A DNA stretch of 64,000 bases from Eledone cirrhosa (lineage: Eukaryota), in the NCBI GenBank assembly GCA_964016885.1, contig OZ024741.1, positions 56,792,001-56,856,000 on the forward strand, read 5' to 3'. A program made the translations under genes and the position numbers. Position 1 is the stretch's first letter; the number at the start of each line of letters is the position of its first letter. The notes beneath the pieces were generated by a model. That model worked only from the letters and a program-made list of their open reading frames with translations. It did no database searches and was not told the origin of the DNA. Shown here one piece after another: positions 30,690-44,100 of this stretch.

Positions 30690-31485
30690 TAAAGAAAATT
30701 GCGCTCTACATGGCTGAATACAATAAATGTAATCTGAGTTTTTCGAATATTAATAATTGTTTCTACATTTGGCACAAGGCCAGCAAATACCCAGTACATT
30801 ACTGGTACCTTATTTTATCGACCCCGTAAGGATGAAAGGCAAAGTTAACCTCGGCAGGATTTGAACTCAGATCGTAAGGGGACGTAACTATGCTGGAAAG
30901 TATGTCCGACCCTTCATTCTTGCTCTTATGTTGGCATGCGAACAGAGCAAGAATGAAGCGTTCATTCTAGTGACATGGCTATAAAATTGAGGCTTGTTTG
31001 GATAATTACAAACGAATCAAATGTTATTATTAATATTCGAAAAACTCAGATTACATTTATTGTATTCAGCCATGTAGATCGAAATTTTCTTTTTTATTTG
31101 AATTTGGAAAAGCCGGCCATTTATCGCTCGTATACAGGGAAATGACTGGCCAGTCTGCTGATATGCAAATCTGGCTGATCAGTGGATCTGTAATATGCAG
31201 ATCTGACTGATCAGCCAGTCTGCTAATATGCCAATCAGGCCGATCAGTTACTGTGTATTTTTGAAAATAGCATATATTTTCACTAGCTCTGACAGTCTGG
31301 CAGGTGAACAGTGAGCTGTACTGATAAAGGGTGATACCCAGAAACAGTGTCTGCAGTTCTGTTCGCATGCCAACATAAGAGCAAGAATGAAGTGTTCATT
31401 CTACTGACATGGCTATAAAATTGAGGCTTGTTTGCATAATTGCAAACGAATCGAATGTTATTATTAATATTCGAAAAACTCAGAT

Positions 31486-31490
<5 letters not shown>
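30690..31490 (+). mobile_element. Non-coding HHR-bearing tandem element (retrozyme-like, period 434 bp) with an inverted 5' piece interrupted by a SINE (about 30757-30910)
   Basis: agagcaagaatgaag at 30944 and 31378; inverted segments at 30690-30756 and 30911-30946. Confidence 0.7.
31313..31359 (+). ncRNA. Type I hammerhead with a G8A core change
   Basis: gagctgta CTGATAA a-gggt-gat-accc-a GAA ACAGTGT C tgcagttc; 8-bp stem I (two G-U pairs), GUC site. Confidence 0.7.
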
Positions 31491-31548
<58 letters not shown>

Positions 31549-31572
31549 ATATTTATATATATATATGTATAT

Positions 31573-31607
<35 letters not shown>

Positions 31608-31652
31608 GTAAGGTGCATTATTGGTTGTGTAAAATAGTCCAATAACTTTATG

Positions 31653-31734
<82 letters not shown>

Positions 31735-31756
31735 ATATATATATATATATATATAT

Positions 31757-31813
<57 letters not shown>

Positions 31814-31866
31814 CATATATATATGTACTTACATATATATATATATATGTATATATATATACATAC

Positions 31867-31897
<31 letters not shown>

Positions 31898-32091
31898 CTA
31901 AATTTAGGTTTAATCAATACATTTAAAATATTTATCGATAGTGTTTCTCAATAAAAAGCTTCATGATTATTAGTTCCGAGCATCAATCATACAACTTTAA
32001 ACGATGTATAAAAGAATATATATCGATATTATCAATTGAAAAACTAGTATTTTGTACATACATATATACAGAACAATTTATTTGTAAATAG

Positions 32092-32132
<41 letters not shown>

Positions 32133-32135
32133 CGT

Positions 32136-32264
<129 letters not shown>

Positions 32265-33036
32265 AACGGAAAAAATGAAACGAAATTTCATTTCCCACTC
32301 TTAGTACGGCTGTTACTTAAATATAAGTATGTACACGTACATACATATATGTATACAGACGTACAGTAGTATGTATATATATATACATACATGCACACAT
32401 ATATATATATGTACGTATGGATTCACCGAACATTTATTATAATGCTCGGTGTGTTTGTAAACAAACATCCCGTATTAAGCCGTAGTGTCCAGTTTATCGT
32501 TTTCGGTGCACCCGGCCGATTAACCCACTCGATATGCAAATTGGGCTACTCAGCCGTTAATATGCATAAGGTAAGTATATACGTTCAACAATCTGGCAAG
32601 AAGGTATACGTTGCTGACGATAGCTAATAAACTTGAAACTAGTACAGCGTTCCTTTGTCAGTGTTGAAAAAACGATCAACGATGGTTGCTGGACACTACG
32701 GCTTAATACGGGATGTTTGTTTACAAACAGACCGAGCATTATAATAAATGTTCGTGAATCCATACGTACATATATATATATATGTGCATGTATGTATATA
32801 TATATACATACTACTGTACGTCTGTATGCATATATGTATGTACGTGTACATACTTATATTTAAGTAACAGCCGTACTAAGAGTGGGAAATGAAATTTCGT
32901 TTCATTTTTTCCGTTTATCGTTTTCGGTGCACCCGGCCGATTAACCCACTCGATATGCAAATTGGGCTACTCAGCCCTTAATATGCATAAGGTAAGTATA
33001 TACGTTCAACAATCTGGCAGGAAGGTATACGTTGCT
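32265..33036 (+). mobile_element. Retrozyme-like element, 421-bp monomer, about 1.3 tandem copies preceded by an inverted copy
   Basis: gtttatcgttttcggtgcaccc at 32492 and 32913; 32265-32491 is the reverse complement of about 32688-32916; no credible ORF. Confidence 0.8.
32608..32650 (+). ncRNA. Minimal type I hammerhead (family C), palindromic stem III ACUAGU
   Basis: acgttg CTGACGA tagctaataaactt GAA ACTAGT A cagcgt. Confidence 0.85.
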
Positions 33037-33128
33037 GCTTTTTTCAGTACGTCCTCATCAGACAGAATATATGATTTGATATATGACATACCGCTACGGT
33101 CTTGATTATGATTATTCAATTCCCATAT

Positions 33129-33170
<42 letters not shown>

Positions 33171-33211
33171 AATTTAGCTCCTTTATTGTTGAGCGCTTTA
33201 AATTATAACTG

Positions 33212-33247
<36 letters not shown>

Positions 33248-33290
33248 CAGTTATAATTTAAAGCGCTCAACAATAAAGGAGCTAAATTGA

Positions 33291-33380
<90 letters not shown>

Positions 33381-33496
33381 TATACATATATACACAATAT
33401 GGGAATTGAATAATCAAGACCGTAGCGGTATGTCATATATCAAATCATATATTCTGTCTGATGAGGACGTCATTATTTATTTATAAAACAAATCTG

Positions 33497-33562
33497 TATT
33501 TTATCTGATGAAAGCGCACCATAATTTCCCTTGGTTGCCCTTGAAATATATATAATAAAATA
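33497..33562 (+). ncRNA. Hammerhead family B
   Basis: tattttat CTGATGA aagcgcacc...ggttgccctt GAA ATATATAT A ataaaata; perfect 8-bp stem I. Confidence 0.8.
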
Positions 33563-33668
33563 AATATGGTTTTATAAATATAGTTTCCATTTATTAATAT
33601 ATTGTATATATATATATATATAATAAAATAAATATGGTTTTATAAATACAGTTTCCATTTATTAATAT

Positions 33669-33748
<80 letters not shown>

Positions 33749-33790
33749 CAATATATTAATAAATGGAAACTATATTTATAAAACCATATT

Positions 33791-33856
33791 TATTTTATTA
33801 TATATATTTCAAGGGCAACCAAGTCAAATTATGGTGCGCTTTCATCAGATAAAATA
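33791..33856 (-). ncRNA. Hammerhead family B (inverted partner of 33497)
   Basis: Near reverse complement of the motif above; the arms flank a (TA)n centre. Confidence 0.8.
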
Positions 33857-35464
33857 CAGATTTGTTTTATAAATAAATAATGACATACCCGGAAAAAAGG
33901 TTAATCTCCCTTACATAATGTTTTCTATATCCAACCACCTACAACTTCATTCTTCAGATTATATCTATATATGATTCATATATATTTAATTTACTTTCTA
34001 TTATCTCTACTTCATAAATACACTTTATATTATTACACTTATCAATTGATTATAACCTTTTTATATGACTATTTGAAATTGTTTTAAGAAAAATTTTCCT
34101 TGAAGACTTTCTGAAGGTTTTAGAAAATTCTTTGAAAGATATGGAAAAACCATTATTTTCATATCTTCCAATATTTTATATCTTCAAACATTTTTAATAT
34201 ATATCCAAATATTTCTATATATGTGGAATAACATGATTTATATATATGTGGAATAACCTATGGTTTATGTTTTAATTATATTCTTAAGATAACATTTTTT
34301 AACATTATAACATTTGACTTCTCATAAAAAATTTGTGAAAATTTTTTTTTTTTTTTTGAAAGAAGGTTTTTTTGAAGTTTTTTTTATGTATCCTTGGAGT
34401 CATTTGAGTTCTTAAAAAATCACTTCTAACTTCCTTTATACTTCCTTACTGTTTTTATAATATAATTAAGTAGTTATTCCTTTGTAAACTCTCGTAAATT
34501 TTCATAAATTTGGAATTATTTGGATGTTTAAGTTTTGACTTACAACTATTAATAAATATAATTTTGCCAAACTTACTTTAATCAAATAAACTATACTAGA
34601 TTTTCTCAAATGTAAAATACTATATATTTATTTAAATAATTTATAATCCATAACATACACATCTAAACGAATATATTATTACTAATACATCCTAATATAA
34701 TATAAATACTTGTTTTAATTTTAATTTTTTATTATAATTTTTTTATTTTTTATTTTTTATTTTTTATTTTTTTATTTTTTTTATTTTTTTATTTTATTTT
34801 TTTTATTTTTTATTTTTTATTTTTTATTTTTTATTTTTTGTTTTTTATTTTTTATTTTTTATTTTTTATTTTTTATTTTTTTATTTTATTTTTATTTATT
34901 TTTTTTTTTTTATTTATTTTTTTTTTATTTATTTATTTTTTTTTTTTAAATATTAAATTAAATTTTTAATATTAAGGTAAATTTTAATCTTTAATTTTGA
35001 TTTTTAATTTTTAATTTTAATTTTTTCAACTTATAAATATTATAATCACAACGTAATGAACCATACATTCTAAATATTATTCTTCCACGTTAATCTTATT
35101 TCTTCTTTCACTTCTTCTTTCACTTAGATATATTTACGCTCTATATTCTTCCATTAATATTTATTTCTTCGTTCACTCTTGACTATCTTCAGTATCACTA
35201 TGTATAATCGTTTTTTCTTTCCTCTTCTCTCTTTCTCCTTCCTTTTCTTTTTCTTTTTCTTTTCTCTCTCCCTTCCATATCATCTTCCAACAGTTTAATT
35301 TAAATAAACCGTTATCTTTTCAACTTTTCGGACACTCATTTGCATACTCACTCATAACTTTGTATTACCCCCAATAAAATATTATCTCCACTATCCAGGA
35401 AGCTCCAACCGTTAAGGTTGTCTTTTTTCAGGGTATGTCAATATTTATTTATAAAACAAATCTG

Positions 35465-35530
35465 TATTTTATCTGATGAAAGCGCACCATAATATGCCTT
35501 GGTTGCCCTTGAAATACATATAATAAAATA
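35465..35530 (+). ncRNA. Hammerhead family B
   Basis: tattttat CTGATGA aagcgcacc...ggttgccctt GAA ATACATAT A ataaaata. Confidence 0.75.
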
Positions 35531-35769
35531 AATATGGTTTTATAAATATAGTTTCCATTTATTAATATATTGTGTATTTACTCCACTAACTTGTTGAGTG
35601 CTTTATATCAGTTATAAAAATGTTTAAGCTTGTTGAATCCCAACAAATTAAATATAACCTCTGCATATATATATAAGTAGTTACACAACAGTTAGTTCAC
35701 CACTTCTACCTAACTCGTCCCATGGACTGAGTGCTCTACCACTACGGATATTACCTTCCAGTGTTCTAC

Positions 35770-35879
<110 letters not shown>

Positions 35880-36504
35880 GAGTGCGTGTATATGGGTATA
35901 TATATATATATATTATTGGTTTGTTAAAATAATCAAATTAAACTAATTCAACAGTTAAACACACATAGGAATTATAAGCTTGTTACCAAAGAGCCAGAAG
36001 ATTGATAAGTCGATCCTAAATATGACTAATAGCTTTAGGAAAGCCATGATCGACAACACTATTTAACTTTGATTTTGAAAGTAGGTTTAAAATTATTAAT
36101 TTTCATTATACATTTGTAGCTGTCTCGGCGGCCTAGTTGGAGGAATAATAGACGGTGGTTATCGTGGTCTGAAGTTCGATCCTTGTCGAGTGTAGGGTTC
36201 CCGGTAAACCTTTTCAGTTTTTCTATGGGATGTAAAATAAAAACTGAAAAAGATTACCTGTACTTCTATTTCAGGATTGAACCCAAGAACAGGATCTCCA
36301 GCGTCTCTAGTACCTACCACTAGTCCACTGAGACAGCTACGGAAATCTTATGAAAATTCATACTTATAAACCTACTTTCAAAATTTTTAAAACAAAATTA
36401 TGTGGTGCCGTTCATGTCTTTCTTAATGTTATTGCTCCAACTTAAGGTCGATTTCTAAATTATTTGGGTGTTCCATAAACTACATCCTCGTTTTGTTTCT
36501 CATG

Positions 36505-37245
36505 TATCTAGGCCAACCAAGTATCTAAGAGCAGCACCCTCCAGGGTGCTCTTTCCGAAAGCTTGAGGCTTGTCCCTTTCAACAGCAATGCAACACACCC
36601 GCTGAAGTTTATGAAGCTGTGGTCACTTCCAACCGACCAAATCAACTACAGGAGGTCAAATCCTATGTGAGTATGGCGAAAGGCGATTTAAGGAACGCTT
36701 CCTGAACCATCAGTCGACCTTTAGGTACCCGGACAAACGATCATCCACGAAACTCGCAAGCAACGTATGGTCCCTCAAGGACTCAAGTATAGGCTACTCC
36801 ATTCAATGGAAAGCCATCACTAAGTCCAAGCCATACGCAAGGGGCAATCCGTTTTGTGGACTATATATTGATGAACGGAAAAATATTCTAAGGTGATTAC
36901 GCAATAGCGATTGCGTAAACTCAAGAAATGAAATCTTCACATGTTGTCCACGTGTCTGGAAACACCTCTTACATAACTACAAAGCTCCGGATTGAATAAC
37001 AACAACATTCTAATTGTCTTATCAACTCGAACTACTTTTCGGACTTTCGCAGTTATCTCCCTTACACCTTTCACCCGTAGAATTATATCGCTTGGGTGAA
37101 GTGGCCGTTTATGCGCATGCGCGTTCATACGGTTGTTCTTCTTACTCCATATAACCATGACCAGTACGAGCTGAGGATCCGCTAAGGTGAAAGAATTGTT
37201 CTCGGTATGGTGAACTAACTGTTGTGCTACCACTTCTATGTATAT
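36505..37245 (+). mobile_element. Decayed 3' end of a PLE (GIY-YIG endonuclease and pLTR), not in the ORF track
   Basis: Manual translation: CSFRKLEACPFQQQCNTPAEVYEAVV...KSYVSMAKG/RFKERFLNHQSTFRYPDKRSSTKLASNVWSLK...YSIQWKAITKSKPY...FCGLYIDERKNIL...NSRNEIFTCCPR; followed by a hammerhead. Confidence 0.8.
37165..37207 (+). ncRNA. Type I hammerhead (family F) in the pLTR of the 36505 PLE
   Basis: tacgag CTGAGGA tcc gctaa ggt GAA AGAATTGT T ctcggta; stem III is one change from the palindrome ACAATTGT. Confidence 0.65.
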
Positions 37246-37248
37246 AAA

Positions 37249-37332
<84 letters not shown>

Positions 37333-37461
37333 GTGAGGTTTTTTTACAAAATGAAAAATAACCGAGGTGTCCAACACGAGTGAAAGTATAAAGAATAAAA
37401 GATGAAATCGAAAATGCAACTGGAGTCTTATTTATTTTTAAATATATATATTTATTTGGTT

Positions 37462-37498
37462 CCTTTACCGGTTTCGCAGTTCTTCTGTTTTTCAAAAG
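37462..37498 (-). ncRNA. Hammerhead-like motif with U3-A8 core (family G)
   Basis: Reverse complement: ctt TTGAAAA acag aagaa ctgc GAA ACCGGT A aagg. Confidence 0.6.
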
Positions 37499-38033
37499 TA
37501 GAGTTGAGATGGAGGGTCTGTGGTTTTTCTCACATCTGGTTGGTCTCTGAATGTTACTTGTTTTATATGGAAAAAGTGGCTCGAAATGGCAGGTTTTTAG
37601 AGAAGTAATTTGATTGGTTGGTCAATAATTATAATAAATTTCGCGCCAGTTCGCGTTACAAAGTTCTTCAAACAAGGGAGGTTGTCACAGGTTGTTTTTT
37701 TCCTATATGAGTGTTTGAATTTCTTTTTACTTGAAAAAAGGGGCTCACGAAGGCTTTTGTTTAATAAGCGTAATTTGATTGGTTATAAATGAAATTATGG
37801 CTGTCACGTGAACAAGTTTTCATTAAATTTTCGCGCCCTTATTTGGAAATCAATTCTGTAGCCTTTTTAGAGAATTTTATGATAAGTAAAAGATAATGGT
37901 CAAGAGAAATGGGATGGGAGAATTGTTCTGGTTCAGTGAATATGGTTAGTTCGCTGGGGTGTCAGAATTCAGATTTTCTATTGAATAAAGAAAGTAAAGA
38001 TATGTATGTTTATTTGTGTGCTTGTGTGTGTGC

Positions 38034-38097
<64 letters not shown>

Positions 38098-38941
38098 TGG
38101 AAGATGATTCTATTAGTAGAAATGGGGGAGGGAGTTGTGTGTGTGTGTGCGAGTATGTTAAGATGGAGAGAATATATATTTTGTGTGTGTGTATATATGT
38201 GTGTAGGAAAGTGATTCTATTAGTAGAAATGGGGGAGGGAGTTGTGTATGTGGTGTGGGGGTTGTTATGTGTGTGGGAGTATGGTTAGCATGTTAAGATG
38301 AAGAGAATATATATATATATATATATATTGTGTGTGTGTGTGTGGGGGGGGAATGATTTTTGAATGAACATATTTTCCTTACTTATTCGGATTTGTTCTG
38401 TTGTATTGTCAGTGCAAACGTATGTTAAGGTTTATTTATTTCGGGTTTTTATTTTCTAAAGTAGAAGGTGTTATGTGTGTGTGTATGTGTCTGTTTGGAT
38501 GGTTACCATGTTATGGTGTTGACATAATGTATATTAAACCATATTTAATGCTGGTCTATATTTTTGAATAAACATATTTTCCTTATTTATTCGTATTTGT
38601 TCTGTTGTATTGTTAGCGCAAAGGTAAAATGGGAAGACTTGGAATTTGGGTGTCTTATTGCGCAAATGTCTAGATGTGCGCTTAGTGGTATCTGTCTCGT
38701 GGTTGGATCTCGTAATTGTTGGCGATGAACTGTCATTCTGTTTCTGAGTGTGAGTTTAGTTTGTCCTATATAATCTTCATTGCATCCTTTACATTTAATG
38801 GCATAAATTAGATTTTTTATGAGCAAGTGAAGTGATTTTTTACAGTAAAATTTTGTCCTGATTTAAATGTATACGTGTTGCCTTCAATTTTGTAAAGAAA
38901 ACCTCACTTTCTAATATATACCCACCACACGAAGACCGAAA

Positions 38942-41900
38942 ATGCCACTAAAGTCTCAACAAAACAACAACTCACTGAACCAGGACATCTTAAATGAACT
39001 CAAAGAGATTTCCTCTAAACTCTCAATTTTTACCAACAAAGTGGACCAAATACACATCTATAAAAAAGGACCCCACGAAGAAACAGAAAATACCCAAGAG
39101 ACGAATATTACTCCAGCATTAACTAAGCTAATTGAAACCATTGAAACAGCAATGCTCCAAAAGCTGGAACAACCGTTAGAACCCAATCTACGAGATGTCC
39201 ACTCAGTGAAAAACACCCTAATCAACATATGGACTCAAAAGCTCACAGCCTGCAAATTCGCCCTTTGGAATCTCCTAAAAAATAATGGCAAGGCAGACAT
39301 ATATGAAAAGTTGCTAAACTCTACCCCAATCATCCTCCCAAAAAAACTCCACATAAAACCCATCCCGAATGAACAAGAAAACCAACAAAGACTTAGGGAA
39401 AAGATGGCGTTAGAAAAATTTAAAATAGAAATAGAACTGTTGCGATTAAAAGCCAACTCCAACGAAGAAAAATTCAAGTCACTCGACCAACAGATGGACA
39501 CAGAAATCTCAAAGCACTCTGAAGGCCTACTCTACGAAAAAACCCTAAAACCTTGGAAAGAAAACTGTGAGGATGAAGAACTAACATCACTCGAGCGATG
39601 GGGAAAAACGCCACCTGGTTCAACAACTACGAAATGGACTTCAAAAATGAACAACATACAGGTAACCCATTTTTAAAACAAACTAAAACTCACACACCAC
39701 ATGCACAACAAATAACAAAAAAAGTAACAAAACGTCCAACATACCCCCAGCAAAACTATAACGATAATCCCAGAAACCATAGACAAAATTATAACCCTAC
39801 TAACAAAAACCGAAGATCCCCGAACACAAAGCAGGACCCGATCCGCAGATCACAACCCACACAAAACCTATTCCAAAACCGTAGATCCCAACCCACACAA
39901 AGGAACAAAATCTACAACCCGGACTATCAACAAACCGAACCTCAATACGTCCGAAACTTCTATACAAGACCACACAACATGGGAAATACCATTAGATATA
40001 ATAATACCATTGAAAAAACATTCCAGAAAAATCATTTTTTAGACCAAGGCTACAGGACTCACGACACCCGGTGGCACAAACCGATTTTGAAAAACCGAAA
40101 ATAATCAACCTTTCAAATAGAAACCTCTCAGCCCAACAAGTAAAAATTCTCTCCAAAGGACTGAAATTCACACCAACACCACAATACTCTAACCACAATG
40201 AGATAAATGACGATATCTCACACTTCTGTAGAAAATTACGTGTCACAGAGGAATTCTTTGACAAGGAGAATAACGACGAATCAATTGTACGGAATAAAAG
40301 CAGCTACAACCCAACATAAGGTAGAAACAGAGTTCTGGGCAAATTTTGTGACCACATAGCTACCTTCCCATACCATGAACTACCGCAACCTAAACCCAAA
40401 CCCAACACGAGTCGAAGGGAATGGGAGATTATCCATGAACTAAAAAACAATACGGACATTATAATTAAGGAAGCGGACAAGGGAAGTACTGTTGTCATGA
40501 TGGAGACTGAAAAATATAAAAATTCTATGTTCTCTCTCTTACAAAATACTAATTACTATGAAAGAGTAAAAAACTACCAGCATTCAAAAACAATGACCAG
40601 ATTAAACACACACACTGATTTATCGATACCAGGAAGGCCTAACTAAAAAGGAATGCGATTATTTAACACATTTTGAATACAAAACCAGCAACCTTTACGG
40701 ACTTCCGAAGATCCACAAGTGTAAAATAATTAACGATGCCTGTAAACAATCCACCTCAGCCTGCGTGAACACACAATACCCCACAGACCTTAGATTAAGA
40801 CCAATTGTAGCGGGTCCACAATGTGAAACACACAGACTGAGCAGCTTTATAGACATACTACTAAAACCAATTCTCAAACACATACCAAGCCTTGTAAGAG
40901 ACGATTTGGACCTCTTAAACCACCTTCCGAAACATGTCAACAACGACACTATTATTGTGTTTTTCGATGTAGTGAATCTCTACACAACGACCCCACACCA
41001 ATACGGACTAGAAGCAATAGGATTCTGGCTAGAGAAATATCCCAATGAGATACCTGACAGAATAGAAAAAAGCTTCATCACCGAGGGATTAAAATTCATC
41101 TTACAGAACAACTGTTTTGATTTCGATGGCAATACTTACAAGCAAATATCGGGGACTGCGATGGGTACAAAAGCCGCTCCAACTTATGCCAACTTAGTCA
41201 TGGCATACTTAGAAGTCCAGATATATGAATAGTCCAAATCAAAATACGGATTGAACTTCCACAAATATTGATCAGAGAATTGGAAACGCTACTTGGATGG
41301 TTGTCTCATTCTTTGGTCCCACACACTCGACCAACTGAAGGATTTCAAAAACTTAATAAACGGCATCAATAACCACATCCAATTTTCAATGGAATACAGC
41401 CAAGATCAACTCCCATTTCTGGACATCTTAATCTTAAAAAAAGACACAAATATCGAAACTGACATACACTACAAACCAACAGATTCCAAACAATACCTGC
41501 TATTCACCTCCAACCATCCAAAGCACACGAAGACGAACATTACTTTTAACCTAGCAAGAAGAATTTGCACAATTGTCTCTAATTATGAAACGCGAAATAA
41601 AAGACTTCAAGAATTAAAGGAAATTCGACTCGAAAGAGAGTAACCACTATTACTAATAAATAATGGAATAGAAAGGGCTAAAGCAATAGGCATTGATGAA
41701 TTACGAAAACAGAAACAAATTCAAGGTACGTCCAATATTCTATCATATATCTCAACACACAACCCAAGAAATGCGGAAACTTACAACACTATTCACAAGA
41801 ACATCCCACTACTAAAACAGAACCCAAGAATGAAAAAAGCCCTTGAAACACACAAAATAATCAAAAGCAAAAGACAACCGAAATCTCTGAAAACATTACT

Positions 41901-42332
41901 CACCAATGCCAAATTACCTACCACAAACCCACAACCAAGTGTCAAAAAATGTGGTCGCTTTAATTGTGGAACCTGCACTCACCTCATTGAAGGCAACACG
42001 TATACATTTAAATCAGGACAAAATTTTACTGTAAAAAATCACTTCACTTGAAATCTAATTTATGCCATTAAATGTAAAGGATGCAATGAAGATTATATAG
42101 GACAAACTAAACTCACACTCAGAAACAGAATGACAGTTCATCGCCAACAATTACGAGATCCAACCACGAGACAGATACCACTAAGCGCACATCTAGACAT
42201 TTGCGCAATAAGACACCCAAATTCCAAGTCTTCCCATTTTACCTTTGCGCTAACAATACAACAGAACAAATACGAATAAATAGGGAAAATATGTTTATTC
42301 AAAAATATAGACCAGCATTAAATATGGTTTAA
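38942..42332 (+). pseudogene. Disrupted PLE ORF (N-terminal domain, RT, Cys linker, GIY-YIG)
   Basis: IINLS..LSKGLKFTPTP, IIIKEADKGSTVV, YGLPKIHK, RPIVAG, DVVNLYT, QISGTAMGTKAAPTYANL, RYLDG, LPFLDILI, YKPTDSKQYL, KKCGRFNCGTC, NLIYAIKCKGCNEDYIGQT, RPALN; several stops and frameshifts. Confidence 0.9.
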
Positions 42333-42837
42333 TATACATTATGTCAACACCATAACATGGTAACCATCCAAACAGACACATGCACACACACATAACACCT
42401 TCTACTTTAGAAAATAAAAACCCGAACTAAATAAACCTTAAAATACGTTTGCACTGACAATACAACAGAACAAATACGAATAAGTAAGGAAAATATGTTC
42501 ATTCAAAAATATTCCTACTAAAAGAATCATTTTCCTACACACACACACACACACACAATATATATATATATATATATATATTCTCTTCATCTTAACATGC
42601 TAACCATACTGCCACACACATAATGCCCATACACACATATAACAACCCCCACACCTACATACACAACTCCCTCCCCCATTTCTACGAATAGAATCACTTT
42701 CCTACAGACATATATACACACACACAAAATATATATTCTCTCCATCTTAACATACTCGCACACACACACACACATAACACCCATATACACACACACACAA
42801 GTGCCGCCCCCATTTCTACTAATAGAATCATCTTCCA

Positions 42838-42903
<66 letters not shown>

Positions 42904-43762
42904 GCACACAAATAAACATACATATCTTTACTTTCTTTATTCAATAGAAAATCTGAATTCTGACACCCCAGCGAACTAACCATATTCACTGAACCAGAAC
43001 AATTCTCCCATCCCATTTCTCTTGACCATTATCTTTTACTTATCATAAAATTCTCTAAAAAGGCTACAGAATTGATTTCCAAATAAGGGCGCGAAAATTT
43101 AATGAAAACTTGTTCACGTGACAGCCATAATTTCATTTATAACCAATCAAATTACGTTTATTTAAAAAAAAGCCTTCGTGAGCCCCCTTTTTTTTAAGTA
43201 AAAAGAAATTCAAACACACACACACACACACACGCACACACAAGCACACAAATAAACATTCATATCTTTACTTTCTTTATTCAATAGAAAATCTGAATTC
43301 TGACACCCCAGCGAACTAACCATATTCACTGAACCAGAACAATTCTCCCATCCCATTTCTCTTGACCATTATCTTTTACTTATCATAAAATTCTCTAAAA
43401 AGGCTACAGAATTGATTTCCAAATAAGGGCGCGAAAATTTAATGAAAACTTGTTCACGTGACAGCCATAATTTCATTTATAACCAATCAAATTACGCTTA
43501 TTAAAAAAAAAGCCTTCGTGAGCCCCTTTTTTCAAGTAAAAAGAAATTCAAACACTCATATATGAAAAAACAACCTGTGACACCCGCCTTGTTTGAAGAA
43601 CTTTGTAACGCGAACTGGCGCGAAATTTATTATAATTGACCAACCAATCAAATTACTTCTCTAAAAACCTGCCATTTCGAGCCACTTTTTCCATATAAAA
43701 CAAGTAACATTCAGAGACCAACCAGATGTGAGAAGAACCACAGACCCTCCATCTCAATTCTA

Positions 43763-43799
43763 CTTTTGAAAAACAGAAGAACTGCGAAACCGGTAAAGG
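43763..43799 (+). ncRNA. Hammerhead-like motif with U3-A8 core (family G)
   Basis: ctt TTGAAAA acag aagaa ctgc GAA ACCGGT A aagg. Confidence 0.6.
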
Positions 43800-43868
43800 A
43801 ACCAAATAAATATATATATTTTTAAAAAAAATAAGACTCCAGTTGCATTTTCGATTTCATCTTTTTTT

Positions 43869-43930
<62 letters not shown>

Positions 43931-44062
43931 GTGAGGTTTTTTTTTTACAAAATGAAAAATAACCGAGGTGTCCTACACGAGTGAAAGTATAAAGAAAAAG
44001 AGATGAAATCGAAAATGCAACTGGAGTCTTATTTTTTTTTAAATATATATATTTATTTGGTT

Positions 44063-44100
44063 CCTTTACGGGTTTCGCAGTTCTTCTGCTTTTCAAAAGG
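44063..44100 (-). ncRNA. Family G hammerhead-like motif with mutated stem III
   Basis: Reverse complement: cctt TTGAAAA gcag aagaa ctgc GAA ACCCGT A aagg. Confidence 0.5.

Larger units (their letters stand above)
37327..43870 (+). mobile_element. Neptune-like PLE with about 1.55 kb of its 3' end duplicated in inverted form at the 5' side
   Basis: 37327-38888 is broadly the reverse complement of about 41985-43870 (the right copy has an internal duplication); flanked by (TA)n; further pLTR fragments at 43925-44133 (-) and 60035-60250 (+). Confidence 0.88.

Noticed and set aside
36115-36345. tRNA-like sequences in inverted orientation
   Set aside because: No complete cloverleaf; more likely decayed tRNA-derived repeat heads than tRNA genes
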